In this document: in pieces, positions 29,913 through 37,679 of the stretch
How positions within the stretch are numbered: the stretch's first letter is position 1
Layout of the letters: the number at the start of each line of letters is the position of its first letter
Source: Nitrospirota bacterium
GTDB lineage: Bacteria > Nitrospirota > UBA9217
DNA: 37,843 nucleotides
Direction: 5' to 3'
Assembly (NCBI GenBank): GCA_029858565.1
Contig: JAOUEV010000034.1
Coordinates: 1 to 37,843 of the forward strand
Position numbers and translations under genes: made by a program
The notes under the pieces: model-generated
Database searches by the model: none
Seen by the model: the letters and a program-made list of their open reading frames with translations, nothing else
Told to the model about the DNA's origin: nothing

Positions 29913-30779
29913 TCATGGTTTCAGCATCCTGCCCAGGTCCTTGACCGCCTGGTCCACGCTGATCGGGATCTCCACGGTCACGCCGCTGTCCCGCAGCCGG
30001 GCGAACAATTCGGTCAGGACGGGCGGATCGATGTTCGACCGCTGCAAAGCTTCCGTCTGCGTCAGGATATCGAAGGGCGTCCCCGCGGTGACGACCCCCT
30101 CGCCCCTGGCAAGCACGTAGACCCGGTCTGCAAAGCCTCCGACCAGATTGAGGTCGTGGGTCGACATGATGATGCTCATGCCTTCGCTGTTGCGGCGGTT
30201 CAGGATCGCGACCAGTTCGTTGCGCGAGCGCGTATCCAGCCCCTCAAAGGGCTCATCCAGCACCAGCAGCTCCGGCCGCATCACCAGGGCTCCTGCCAGG
30301 GCGACCTTCCGCTTCTCCCCGCCCGACAGGTAATGGCAGATCCTGTCCCGCAGATGGACGATGCCCAGTTCCTGCATCACATCCTCGACCATCTTGGCGG
30401 TCTCTTCCTTCCCGTACCCGTAGTTCCGCGGCGAAAAAGCGATGTCTTCCCACACGGTCGGCGACAGGATCTGCTCCTCCACGTTCTGGAGCAGCACGCC
30501 GATCTTCTCGCGGATGTCGTCGTAGTCCGTGGCGGGATTCACGTTGAAGACCGAGACCTTGCCCTCGTCGGGCTTCAGGAGCCCGAGAATATGATAGATC
30601 AGCGTGGTCTTGCCCGAACCGTTCCCGCCGAGCACCACGACCCGCTCTCCCCGCTTCACCATGAAATCGAGGCCGCAGATATGGATCTCCGTGGTGTCCG
30701 GATAGATGTGTTTGAGGCAGCTCACCGCGACCACATGGTCGTCGGGCTCTCCGTGGAAATGAAGGTGTCCGATGTTCAT
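29913..30779 (-). CDS. cbiO: ECF transporter ATPase (CbiO/NikO-like)
   Basis: GGNGSGKTT, PTVWEDIAFSPRN, LSGGEKRKVALAG, LDEP and STHD motifs. His-rich N-terminus. Confidence 0.85.
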   Translation of the reverse strand: MNIGHLHFHGEPDDHVVAVSCLKHIYPDTTEIHICGLDFMVKRGERVVVLGGNGSGKTTLIYHILGLLKPDEGKVSVFNVNPATDYDDIREKIGVLLQNVEEQILSPTVWEDIAFSPRNYGYGKEETAKMVEDVMQELGIVHLRDRICHYLSGGEKRKVALAGALVMRPELLVLDEPFEGLDTRSRNELVAILNRRNSEGMSIIMSTHDLNLVGGFADRVYVLARGEGVVTAGTPFDILTQTEALQRSNIDPPVLTELFARLRDSGVTVEIPISVDQAVKDLGRMLKP

Positions 30780-30800
30780 AGATTCCCTTGTCTTATCATT

Positions 30801-31502
30801 CTACCACGCCAGAACGACCGCCAGCACCGCCGCCCCCGCGCCCAGGGGCAGCCAGTCCTGGGCCGTGAAAGCGCCCGCGCCGTGCTCCGCCATGCTGCCG
30901 TTGTAGCCCCGCACGGACATCACGGCATAGAGCCTCGACGACCGATCGACCGCCCTGACCAGCAGCGCGCCGATGCCTTTCGCGATGTTCGTCCCGTTCC
31001 GGATGATGTTGCCCGGAGAGAACCCGCCCCGGAGCCTGATGGACGTCCCGAAGCTGTCCATCATGTCCAGGAGGATGAAGAAGGAGCGGTAGGTCATGAA
31101 GAGCCCGCTCGCCACGATCTCGGGGAGAAAGCCGCTCAGGACCGAGAAAATCCGGGGGTACGGGGTCGTCACGATCAGCATGCCCACGGCAAAGGCCGGG
31201 GTCACGGACTTGAGCAGCACCAGGGCGTAGACCCAGGCCCCGCGGCGCAGGCTCACGGCGTAGAGCAGCGCGAAGAGCGCGGCGTAGAGGGACAGGAACC
31301 CGATGGCGCGCCAGGGCAGCCCGATGGTCATGGCAACGGCCAACAGCAGGCCGAAACCCAGCGCCAGAGGCACCGGGTCCCGCGCGATTACCGCTCCGCA
31401 GACCACGAGGCCCACGAACAGCAGCTTGGCCGCTACCGATGCCCGGTGCAGCGGGCTGTCGCCGTCGGACGCCCACTGGTCGATCCGCGCAACATCGATC
31501 AT
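30801..31502 (-). CDS. cbiQ: ECF transporter T component (CbiQ/NikQ-like)
   Basis: SPLHR...AKL, TTPY, and the two conserved Arg motifs LRGG and VRGY. Start at ATG 31502. Confidence 0.85.
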   Translation of the reverse strand: MIDVARIDQWASDGDSPLHRASVAAKLLFVGLVVCGAVIARDPVPLALGFGLLLAVAMTIGLPWRAIGFLSLYAALFALLYAVSLRRGAWVYALVLLKSVTPAFAVGMLIVTTPYPRIFSVLSGFLPEIVASGLFMTYRSFFILLDMMDSFGTSIRLRGGFSPGNIIRNGTNIAKGIGALLVRAVDRSSRLYAVMSVRGYNGSMAEHGAGAFTAQDWLPLGAGAAVLAVVLAW

Positions 31503-32218
31503 GGAGCATCCTTTCCAGCAGTGGAGCATCCCGCGACAGCGTGCAGCCGGTGAGCCAGCAGGTCCGGACGGACCTGGGAGAGGAACCGGATCACGGCGCC
31601 GGTAATGGCGGACTCGATGATCCACCCAAGAGCCCCGAGCCCGAGCACCATGAAGGCGAAAGCGGCAAGTGATGTGCCGCCCTCTTTATGCTCCGTGGTT
31701 TCCCCGCCATGTTCGTGCCCTGCAAAGACATCCACATCAACATGGGACGTGCCCACGATGGCGATAAGGAAAAGCGATACCAGGAACAGCGCTCCGGCAG
31801 TGGCAAGGGCGGCGCGCCAGAACACGGAAAGTCGCTTCGGAAGAAGGAAGAAGAGCGTATGCCCCAGGGCCGCTTCCGCGCCCAGGAGCAGCGTGTTCAG
31901 ACCCATGACCGTGATGCCTCCATGACCGATCAGGGCAAGCATGAGGTTCACCAGCAGCGCCGCGACAAAGCCCAGCGCCGGACCGAGCAGGATCCCCGCC
32001 GCGACGGACAGGTTCAGGTGATAGGCAAGAGGCAGGACCTCGAGGTTCATGGCAACGAGCATGGATGCGGCAAGCACGCCCAGGAGCGGGATCTTCTTTT
32101 TCCGGTCCATGCCCCGGAGGCGGTAGAGTGCGAAGGCCAGCGCCCACGCCATCAGCACGAAGCCGGTCAGCCAGAGCCAGACCGGCAGGATGCCGTCGGG
32201 TATATGCATGTGGGTCAC
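31499..32218 (-). CDS. cbiM: ECF S component, CbiM/NikM family
   Basis: N-terminal HIPDG, YHLN, GHGGITVMGLN and ES.IT motifs. The GTG start overlaps the upstream TGA. Confidence 0.88.
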   Translation of the reverse strand: MTHMHIPDGILPVWLWLTGFVLMAWALAFALYRLRGMDRKKKIPLLGVLAASMLVAMNLEVLPLAYHLNLSVAAGILLGPALGFVAALLVNLMLALIGHGGITVMGLNTLLLGAEAALGHTLFFLLPKRLSVFWRAALATAGALFLVSLFLIAIVGTSHVDVDVFAGHEHGGETTEHKEGGTSLAAFAFMVLGLGALGWIIESAITGAVIRFLSQVRPDLLAHRLHAVAGCSTAGKDAP

Positions 32219-32607
32219 TGCTTGCCCCCGTTCCTGTGCGAAGACTTGATGAACACGAACCTGCCGTTTCCGCCCACAAAGATGTTCAGGAGCCAGCTGA
32301 CCGCGCTGATCACGAAAGCGCCCCAGAAGGCCGCGCGGAAGGACTCTATCACGAGCCCCGGCACGATGTCCGCCACGATGCTCAGCATGAAGGCGTTGAT
32401 GACCAGGGTGAACAGCCCCAGGGTGAGCAGGTTGATCGGCAGGGTCAGGATCAGCACCAGCGGCCTGATAACGGCGTTCACGACGCTCAGGATGCCCGCG
32501 GCCAGGATCCCCATGGCCATGCTCTCGATCCTGATGCCCTTGATGAGCGACGCGGCGATCACCAGGGACAGCAGGTTCATGGACCAGCGAAGCAGAAAAC
32601 CGAACAT
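32215..32607 (-). CDS. YvlD / phage_holin_4_2 family membrane protein
   Basis: NAVIRPLVLILTLPINLLTLGLFTLVINA signature. GGAGG RBS before ATG 32607. Confidence 0.9.
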   Translation of the reverse strand: MFGFLLRWSMNLLSLVIAASLIKGIRIESMAMGILAAGILSVVNAVIRPLVLILTLPINLLTLGLFTLVINAFMLSIVADIVPGLVIESFRAAFWGAFVISAVSWLLNIFVGGNGRFVFIKSSHRNGGKQ

Positions 32608-32629
32608 GGAACCTCCGAAAAAGTTCTGC

Positions 32630-32658
32630 ATAGTAGCACAGTTATCAGGGCATTGCAA
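32630..32658 (-). promoter_or_regulatory. sigma70 promoter for the yvlD-cbiMQO operon
   Basis: Minus strand TTGCAA-17 nt-TACTAT with an extended -10 TG. Confidence 0.65.
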
Positions 32659-32907
32659 CGAGGAGACCGCAAAACAGTTCATTGACGGAATGCTTCTTTT
32701 ATCCTGCGTCCCTGGCCGCACCGGCCGCGCCTGCGCGGGCAGTCCCGTCTTTACAGATCATTAACGACGTTTAACAGCGAATTTACCGCCAAAAGAGGTA
32801 CAGTTCACGCGTGGAAGATCCCCTCCTTCGGCTCGCATTCACGCTCTATCGTGTCGCATAGAGATAGTATACAGGGAAAATACGCAGAGAACGACCAGCC
32901 CATGATA

Positions 32908-34392
32908 ATGAAAAAGCTCCTGGGAAAAAGGATGACCCTGCGCGTCAAGTTCATACTGCTGGGCGGGAGCATCCTCGCAGCCGTGATGACCGTTCTGTTC
33001 TGCTGGATGCTCGTGCAATCCGAAGAGGCAGTGATGAACCAGGTCGACGCCCAGGCGCAATCGCTCCTGAACCAGATCGTCATCACCCGCCAGTGGATCG
33101 CTGACCAGGACGGCCTCTATGTCCGCAAGTCCGCCGCGCGCACCACCAACCCCTTCCTGCCGAACACCGATATCGTGGACCGGTCGGGCCTCCACTACGT
33201 GCTGCGGAACCCCGCCATGGTGACCCGGCAGCTTTCGGAACTGTCCGGGAACTCCAAGCACTACCGTTTCCGCATCACGAGCCGCCAGCTGCGAAACCCG
33301 GCAAACGCGCCGAACGCCTTCGAACAGGATGCGCTCGTACAGTTCGAACGCCGGGGATTCGACAAGACCCGGAACGGAATCGCACGGCGCGACATTGAGG
33401 ACGGCGTGCCGGTCTATCGCCGCATCATTCCTCTTCGGGTGGAGGAGGCATGCCTGGGGTGCCATCGCGACCAGGGATATCGCGTGGGAGATGTGCGCGG
33501 CGGGATCAGCGTGACCATCCCCCTGGACAGTGCCGTTGCCGCTATCGCCCGCACCAGGCTCAGGCTCATCAGCGCCGGCGCAGCGATCATCCTGCTCATT
33601 GCCGGAAGCCTCTATTTCATCGTGCACAGGCTCGTGCTCAGACCCGTGGACCATCTCCACCAGGTGGCCGAGGGGATCAACGCGGGACAGTTCGAAACCC
33701 TGGCAACGATCCGTTCGGGAGACGAGTTCGAGGACCTGGCCGAATCGGTCAACCGCATGACCCAGCGCGTGCGCACAGGATATGAAGGCGCGGTCAAATC
33801 GCTCGCAGCGGCCATCGACGCCCGCGACCCCTACACCCGCGGCCATATCGACCGTGTCGCGCGGTACACCTTCGCGATCGCCCGCGAACTGGGCTGGTCC
33901 CGCGAAGAGCGGCGGAAGTGGAAAATGGGCGTGGTGCTGCATGATGTGGGAAAGATCGGCATCCGCGATGCCGTGCTCCAGAAACAGAAATACCTGACCG
34001 ACGACGAGCGCGCGGAAATGCAGGCCCACCCCCGCATCGGAGCGGAGATCGCCATTGCCTCGGAATCGGACCTGCTGATTCGGGAGCTGCCCGCCATCCT
34101 CTATCATCATGAATGGTTCGACGGCAGGGGCTATCCCGCCGGGCTCAAGGGTGAGGACATTCCGCCGATCGCACGGGTGCTTGCTGTTGCCGATGTGTAC
34201 GACGCCCTGATCACCGACCGGCCCTACCGCAAGGCAATGACCGACGAGAACGCGCTCGCCGTGATCCTGGACGGATCAGGCACCCAGTTCGATCCCGAAG
34301 TCGTAAAAGCGTTCCTTGCGGCCTGGGCCAAGGGATTCGCCGACGACACGCTGGTCGAGGACGACAGCGACCTGGTGCTTGAACGGACCTGA
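32908..34392 (+). CDS. HD-GYP c-di-GMP phosphodiesterase with periplasmic heme-c (DUF3365-like) sensor and HAMP domain (start uncertain, 32851-32932)
   Basis: TM, then NPA...RNPANAPNAFE...CLGCH (CxxCH)...GDVRGGIS, TM, HAMP (RPV..L...GDEFEDLAESVNRM), then ARDPYTRGH, LHDVGKIG, HHEWFDGRGYP and ADVYDA. Confidence 0.9.
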   Translation: MKKLLGKRMTLRVKFILLGGSILAAVMTVLFCWMLVQSEEAVMNQVDAQAQSLLNQIVITRQWIADQDGLYVRKSAARTTNPFLPNTDIVDRSGLHYVLRNPAMVTRQLSELSGNSKHYRFRITSRQLRNPANAPNAFEQDALVQFERRGFDKTRNGIARRDIEDGVPVYRRIIPLRVEEACLGCHRDQGYRVGDVRGGISVTIPLDSAVAAIARTRLRLISAGAAIILLIAGSLYFIVHRLVLRPVDHLHQVAEGINAGQFETLATIRSGDEFEDLAESVNRMTQRVRTGYEGAVKSLAAAIDARDPYTRGHIDRVARYTFAIARELGWSREERRKWKMGVVLHDVGKIGIRDAVLQKQKYLTDDERAEMQAHPRIGAEIAIASESDLLIRELPAILYHHEWFDGRGYPAGLKGEDIPPIARVLAVADVYDALITDRPYRKAMTDENALAVILDGSGTQFDPEVVKAFLAAWAKGFADDTLVEDDSDLVLERT

Positions 34393-34445
34393 CACGCGGC
34401 CCCCCCCTTCCCCCTCCCAATTTGATGTGCTAGGATAGTACCATC

Positions 34446-35903
34446 ATGCAGCGCGCCTGTTACATCGGCATCGACCAGGGGAGCAGTTCCACCAAGGCGA
34501 TCGTCGTCGCCAATGACGGGGCCATCCTCTTTCGGGGGAAGCAGGAGCTTTCCCCTGCTTTGCGGGAAGACCATCGGGTCGAGCAGGACCCTGATGAGAT
34601 CCTCGGATCTGTCAGGTCAGCGCTCGATGAAGCGATCGGTCAAGCAAAGAACGCGGGGATGACGGTGCGCGGAGCAGGCCTATCCTGCCAGCGGTCATCG
34701 TGCCTTGCCTGGCATAAAGCGTCAGGAAAACCTCTATCGCCGGTCCTGAGCTGGCGCGATACCCGGGGTGAAGAGCTGGTTAAAGGCCTCGCGCTTCATC
34801 GCGACTATATATGGAAGGCTACGGGCCTTCCGCTCACGCCATATTATTCCGCCTCCAAGATGCGGTGGCTGATTGAGAACCTGCCTGACGCGGACAGTCC
34901 CTCCACGGTCCTCGGAACTTTATCCAGCTTTCTCTGCCAGAAACTGACCAACTCGACCTCGCCCCTGATCGATCACACCAATGGGGCACGCACGCAGCTC
35001 ATGAACATCAGTTCACTGTCCTGGGACAGCGAACTGGCAAAGATCTTCGGGCTTGCTGCCGCGAACCTGCCTGAGATCGTTCCCACTGCTCACAATTTCG
35101 GGGTGATCGAGACCGATGCTGGTCCCATCCCCCTGCTCGCCTGTATGGGAGATCAGCAGGCTGCAATGCTCGGCCTTGGCGTGCTCGAAAGAGATCAAGG
35201 CGGCATCAACTATGGCACCGGCGGGTTCCTGATGGTGAACACCGGCCGGACATTGATCCCCGCCCCCGGGCTCATGGCCTCGGTCCATTACTCAACAGCA
35301 ACCGACAGGCGATATCTTCTGGAAGGAAGCGTGAACGCGGTCGGAGACGCGCTCGAATGGCTCAAGCACAAGTTTCGGATGTTCGACCGCTTTGAGGAGA
35401 TCGATGAACTTTGCAGGAAAGCGGCAAGCGATGTGGTGGCATTCATCGCTTTGAACGGTGTCGGCGCGCCCTACTGGGAACCTGACGCCAAGACCGTCAT
35501 GAACGGCATGACAGCGGAAAGCACGCCCGCAGACATCGTCCGCGCCGCGATCGAAGGGATCACCTTCTTCATGCGGGATATTGACGGGGTGATCAAGGCG
35601 GCAGGCGTCAGCGCGGAACAGTTCACTGTCTCCGGCGGCCTCGCCTCCATCGGATATCTGCTCCAGACCCAGGCTGACATGCTCGGCCAAGACCTTGCAG
35701 TTTCAACAGAGCAAGACGCTTCTGCCCTTGGCGCCGCGTACCTCGCAGGCATGCAGCAGGGAGCCTGGAAGCCCGAAGATATTCAGAAGTTCACGCAGGG
35801 GAAAAGGATCGTACAGGCTGGCCGGAATCCGGGAATCAAGAAGCGCTATCAAAAGTGGACAGAGCTGCACAGGATGGCACGGGAACTGGACAGGACGTTG
35901 TAG
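34446..35903 (+). CDS. FGGY-family carbohydrate kinase (glycerol-kinase-like)
   Basis: IGIDQGSSSTKA, VEQDP, SWRD.R, GDQQAA, YGTGGF and GAPYW motifs. Too divergent to call glpK confidently. Confidence 0.88.
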   Translation: MQRACYIGIDQGSSSTKAIVVANDGAILFRGKQELSPALREDHRVEQDPDEILGSVRSALDEAIGQAKNAGMTVRGAGLSCQRSSCLAWHKASGKPLSPVLSWRDTRGEELVKGLALHRDYIWKATGLPLTPYYSASKMRWLIENLPDADSPSTVLGTLSSFLCQKLTNSTSPLIDHTNGARTQLMNISSLSWDSELAKIFGLAAANLPEIVPTAHNFGVIETDAGPIPLLACMGDQQAAMLGLGVLERDQGGINYGTGGFLMVNTGRTLIPAPGLMASVHYSTATDRRYLLEGSVNAVGDALEWLKHKFRMFDRFEEIDELCRKAASDVVAFIALNGVGAPYWEPDAKTVMNGMTAESTPADIVRAAIEGITFFMRDIDGVIKAAGVSAEQFTVSGGLASIGYLLQTQADMLGQDLAVSTEQDASALGAAYLAGMQQGAWKPEDIQKFTQGKRIVQAGRNPGIKKRYQKWTELHRMARELDRTL

Positions 35904-35965
35904 GTCGGGTAAAGCACTGCGAAACCCGACAGCCGTTGGGTTCCGCTTCGTTCAACCCGACACAC
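35900..35965. repeat. GTAG-type REP doublet (REPIN-like)
   Basis: GTAGGTCGGGTAAAGCACTGCGAAACCCGACA (35900-35931) and a degenerate inverted copy (35935-35965, reverse complement GTGTGTCGGGTTGAACGAAGCGGAACCCAAC). Confidence 0.85.
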
Positions 35966-35989
35966 CACGAACCCTGCCCTTCTCATTCC

Positions 35990-36023
35990 TTGACAATTAA
36001 CGTGATACCGAATATAGTATCAC
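35990..36023 (+). promoter_or_regulatory. sigma70 promoter and palindromic operator of the TA operon
   Basis: TTGACA-17 nt-TATAGT. Inverted repeat GTGATAC-N8-GTATCAC (36002-36023) overlaps the -10. ATG is 9 nt after the -10, so nearly leaderless. Confidence 0.8.
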
Positions 36024-36027
36024 TATC

Positions 36028-36453
36028 ATGGCCGGCAAAAAACTACGGATCATCTTAGATACGAACGTATTATATGCGGGTCTTTACTCATCCAGGGGAG
36101 CTTCGTTCAAGGTCCTGCGAGCTATTGCGGACGGGAAAATGCGTGGCGTATTATCCACCGCGCTTCTCTTTGAATATGAAGATGTTTTGAAGAGAAACCA
36201 GGAGATACTCAACCTATCGAATCGGGCGATCGAGAAAGTCCTAGGCAATTTGTGCTTCCTGAGCGACCACCAAAAGATCTATTTCTTGTGGCGTCCACGG
36301 CTTTCCGATCCCAAAGATGACCATTTGCTGGAATTGGCTGTTGCCGCAGGAGTAAAATTCGTGGTGACCCACAACACATCGGACTTCAAGGGTTCCGATA
36401 AATTTGGCGTACGAGCGATAACACCCAAAGAGCTATTGGAGGAAATAGTATGA
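36028..36453 (+). CDS. PIN-domain (VapC-like, PIN_3 type) toxin
   Basis: ILDTNV, EYEDV, DPKDDHLLELA and VTHN.SDF acidic PIN motifs. Confidence 0.92.
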   Translation: MAGKKLRIILDTNVLYAGLYSSRGASFKVLRAIADGKMRGVLSTALLFEYEDVLKRNQEILNLSNRAIEKVLGNLCFLSDHQKIYFLWRPRLSDPKDDHLLELAVAAGVKFVVTHNTSDFKGSDKFGVRAITPKELLEEIV

Positions 36454-36686
36454 GCGCCTTGAGCCTGCGTTTACCCGGATCAATTCATCGTCACATCAGA
36501 GAGATCGCGAAAAAAGAAGGCGTATCCATCAACCAGTTCATTTCATCGGCGGTCGCCGAAAAAATATCCGCGCTGATGACGGAAGACTATCTGGAGAGCC
36601 GGGCAAAGAAAGCGAAAAAAGAAGATTTCAGGAAGATATTGGCAAAGGTCCCGGCTAGAAAGCCGCTGCCGGGGGATGAACTGTAG
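36450..36686 (+). CDS. Ribbon-helix-helix / HicB-like antitoxin
   Basis: LSLRLP.SIH......AKKEGVSINQFI..AVAEK pattern. ATGA overlap with the toxin gene. Confidence 0.88.
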   Translation: MSALSLRLPGSIHRHIREIAKKEGVSINQFISSAVAEKISALMTEDYLESRAKKAKKEDFRKILAKVPARKPLPGDEL

Positions 36687-36742
36687 AATTTGCATAGCGG
36701 AAGGCTGCCGATTTGCATAGTTCACTTACGTTTATAATGTAT

Positions 36743-36838
36743 ATGAAAGAACCTGTTATGAAATCTTCCGGCAACGTATTTCTAGATCTGGGTTTCCCCC
36801 CTGAGGAGGCCGCCATCCTCCAGATGCGTTCCGAGTCT
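36743..36838 (+). pseudogene. Truncated XRE-family (HigA-like) HTH regulator/antitoxin, 5' fragment
   Basis: MKEPVMKSSGNVFLDLGFPPEEAAILQMRSE carries the SGNVF.DLG signature. It is cut before the HTH at a REP, and the frame stops at 36886. TATAAT lies 4 nt upstream of the ATG. Confidence 0.75.
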
Positions 36839-37487
36839 GTAGGTCGGGTAGAGCACAGCGAAACCCGACAGATTTTGATACGATGAGCAAGCACACCCTG
36901 AATAAAATACCATGCACTATAAAAGATCACGAGCAAAAGGAGCAACCTTCTTTTTTACGATTGTGACGCATAAACGACAGTCGATCCTCTGTCACGACTG
37001 CAATGTTGCGTTGCTTCGCGAGTCATTTTCGCACGTAATGTCCCGGCATCCTTTTACGATTGATGCATTTGTTCTTCTGCCCGATCATCTACATTGCATT
37101 TGGACTTTGCCGGAAAACGACAATGACTTTTCAAATCGATGGAGGCAAATCAAAGGCCACTTTAGCAGGAATTGTTCTGGTGAGTTCAGGGGAGACGTAA
37201 CGGCCGGTCATAAAAACAGGGGTGAGCAGACTGTTTGGCAGCGCCGCTTTTGGGAACATCAGATCAGGGATGAGACTGACTTTATCAGGCATGTCGAGTA
37301 TACTCACTACAATCCGGTGAAGCACGGCTTGGTCAATTCTCCTGCTGCCTGGCCACATTCAACATTCCGCCGTTACGTTACACAAGGCCTTTATCATGCC
37401 GAATGGGGTGCGGATAAAGAGATAGCTCTCGACCAGAACATTGGGAACGAATAAGCGTCGGGTTTCACTATGCTCTACCCGACCTAC
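36839..37487 (+). mobile_element. REPtron: RAYT gene flanked by inverted GTAG REPs
   Basis: GTAGGTCGGGTAGAGCACAGCGAAACCCGACA (36839-36870) and inverted GTCGGGTTTCACTATGCTCTACCCGACCTAC (37457-37487) flank the RAYT gene. Confidence 0.9.
36912..37454 (+). CDS. rayT: REP-associated tyrosine transposase (TnpA-REP, HUH/Y1)
   Basis: FFFTIVT, VLLPDHLH (HUH), WQRRFWEH, YTHYNPVKHGL and WPHS motifs. Confidence 0.93.
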   Translation: MHYKRSRAKGATFFFTIVTHKRQSILCHDCNVALLRESFSHVMSRHPFTIDAFVLLPDHLHCIWTLPENDNDFSNRWRQIKGHFSRNCSGEFRGDVTAGHKNRGEQTVWQRRFWEHQIRDETDFIRHVEYTHYNPVKHGLVNSPAAWPHSTFRRYVTQGLYHAEWGADKEIALDQNIGNE

Positions 37488-37546
37488 AACTGTGGATTAT
37501 GTAACGGTCACAAGCAACTAGCGCAGAAGCACTTGACCATAAGTCG

Positions 37547-37583
37547 GGGAGGTAGAATAAATCTTTCTGCCTCCCTCCTTTTT
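37547..37583 (+). terminator. Probable Rho-independent terminator
   Basis: GGGAGGTAGAA-7 nt-TTCTGCCTCCC (one G-U pair) followed by TCCTTTTT. Confidence 0.55.
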
Positions 37584-37605
37584 AAACTATCAGCGCCCTG
37601 AAATG

Positions 37606-37665
37606 TTCCAACCTGCGCGTCCACAGCGTCGCGCCACAGGGCGGCGCGTGACGCGGGCGTTAATC
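37606..37665 (+). other. attC-like integron cassette recombination site
   Basis: R'' TTCCAAC, 5 nt, L'' CGT[C]CACA, inner stem GCGTCGC/GCGGCGC, L' CGTGACG, 5 nt, R' GTTAATC. 60 bp long, with unpaired C and A on the top strand (G and T on the bottom strand). Confidence 0.6.
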
Positions 37666-37679
37666 TATAGAGGAACCCT

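Noticed and set aside
32215-32607. 'Phage holin' as evidence of a prophage
   Set aside because: The YvlD/holin_4_2 family is commonly chromosomal, and there are no phage genes nearby.
32608-32900. Possible cobalamin or NiCo riboswitch upstream of the cbiMQO operon
   Set aside because: No B12-box or other conserved riboswitch motif was recognised, and the predicted promoter lies only about 20 nt from the start codon. An Rfam scan would settle it.
29772-34110. ORFs 29772-31553 (+), 31688-32764 (+) and 32839-34110 (-)
   Set aside because: Shadows of cbiOQM/yvlD and the HD-GYP gene with no independent motifs or RBS.
35900-37487. REP copies or heptamer arrays as a CRISPR array
   Set aside because: The repeats are inverted or irregularly spaced, there are no uniform unique spacers, and no cas genes are present.
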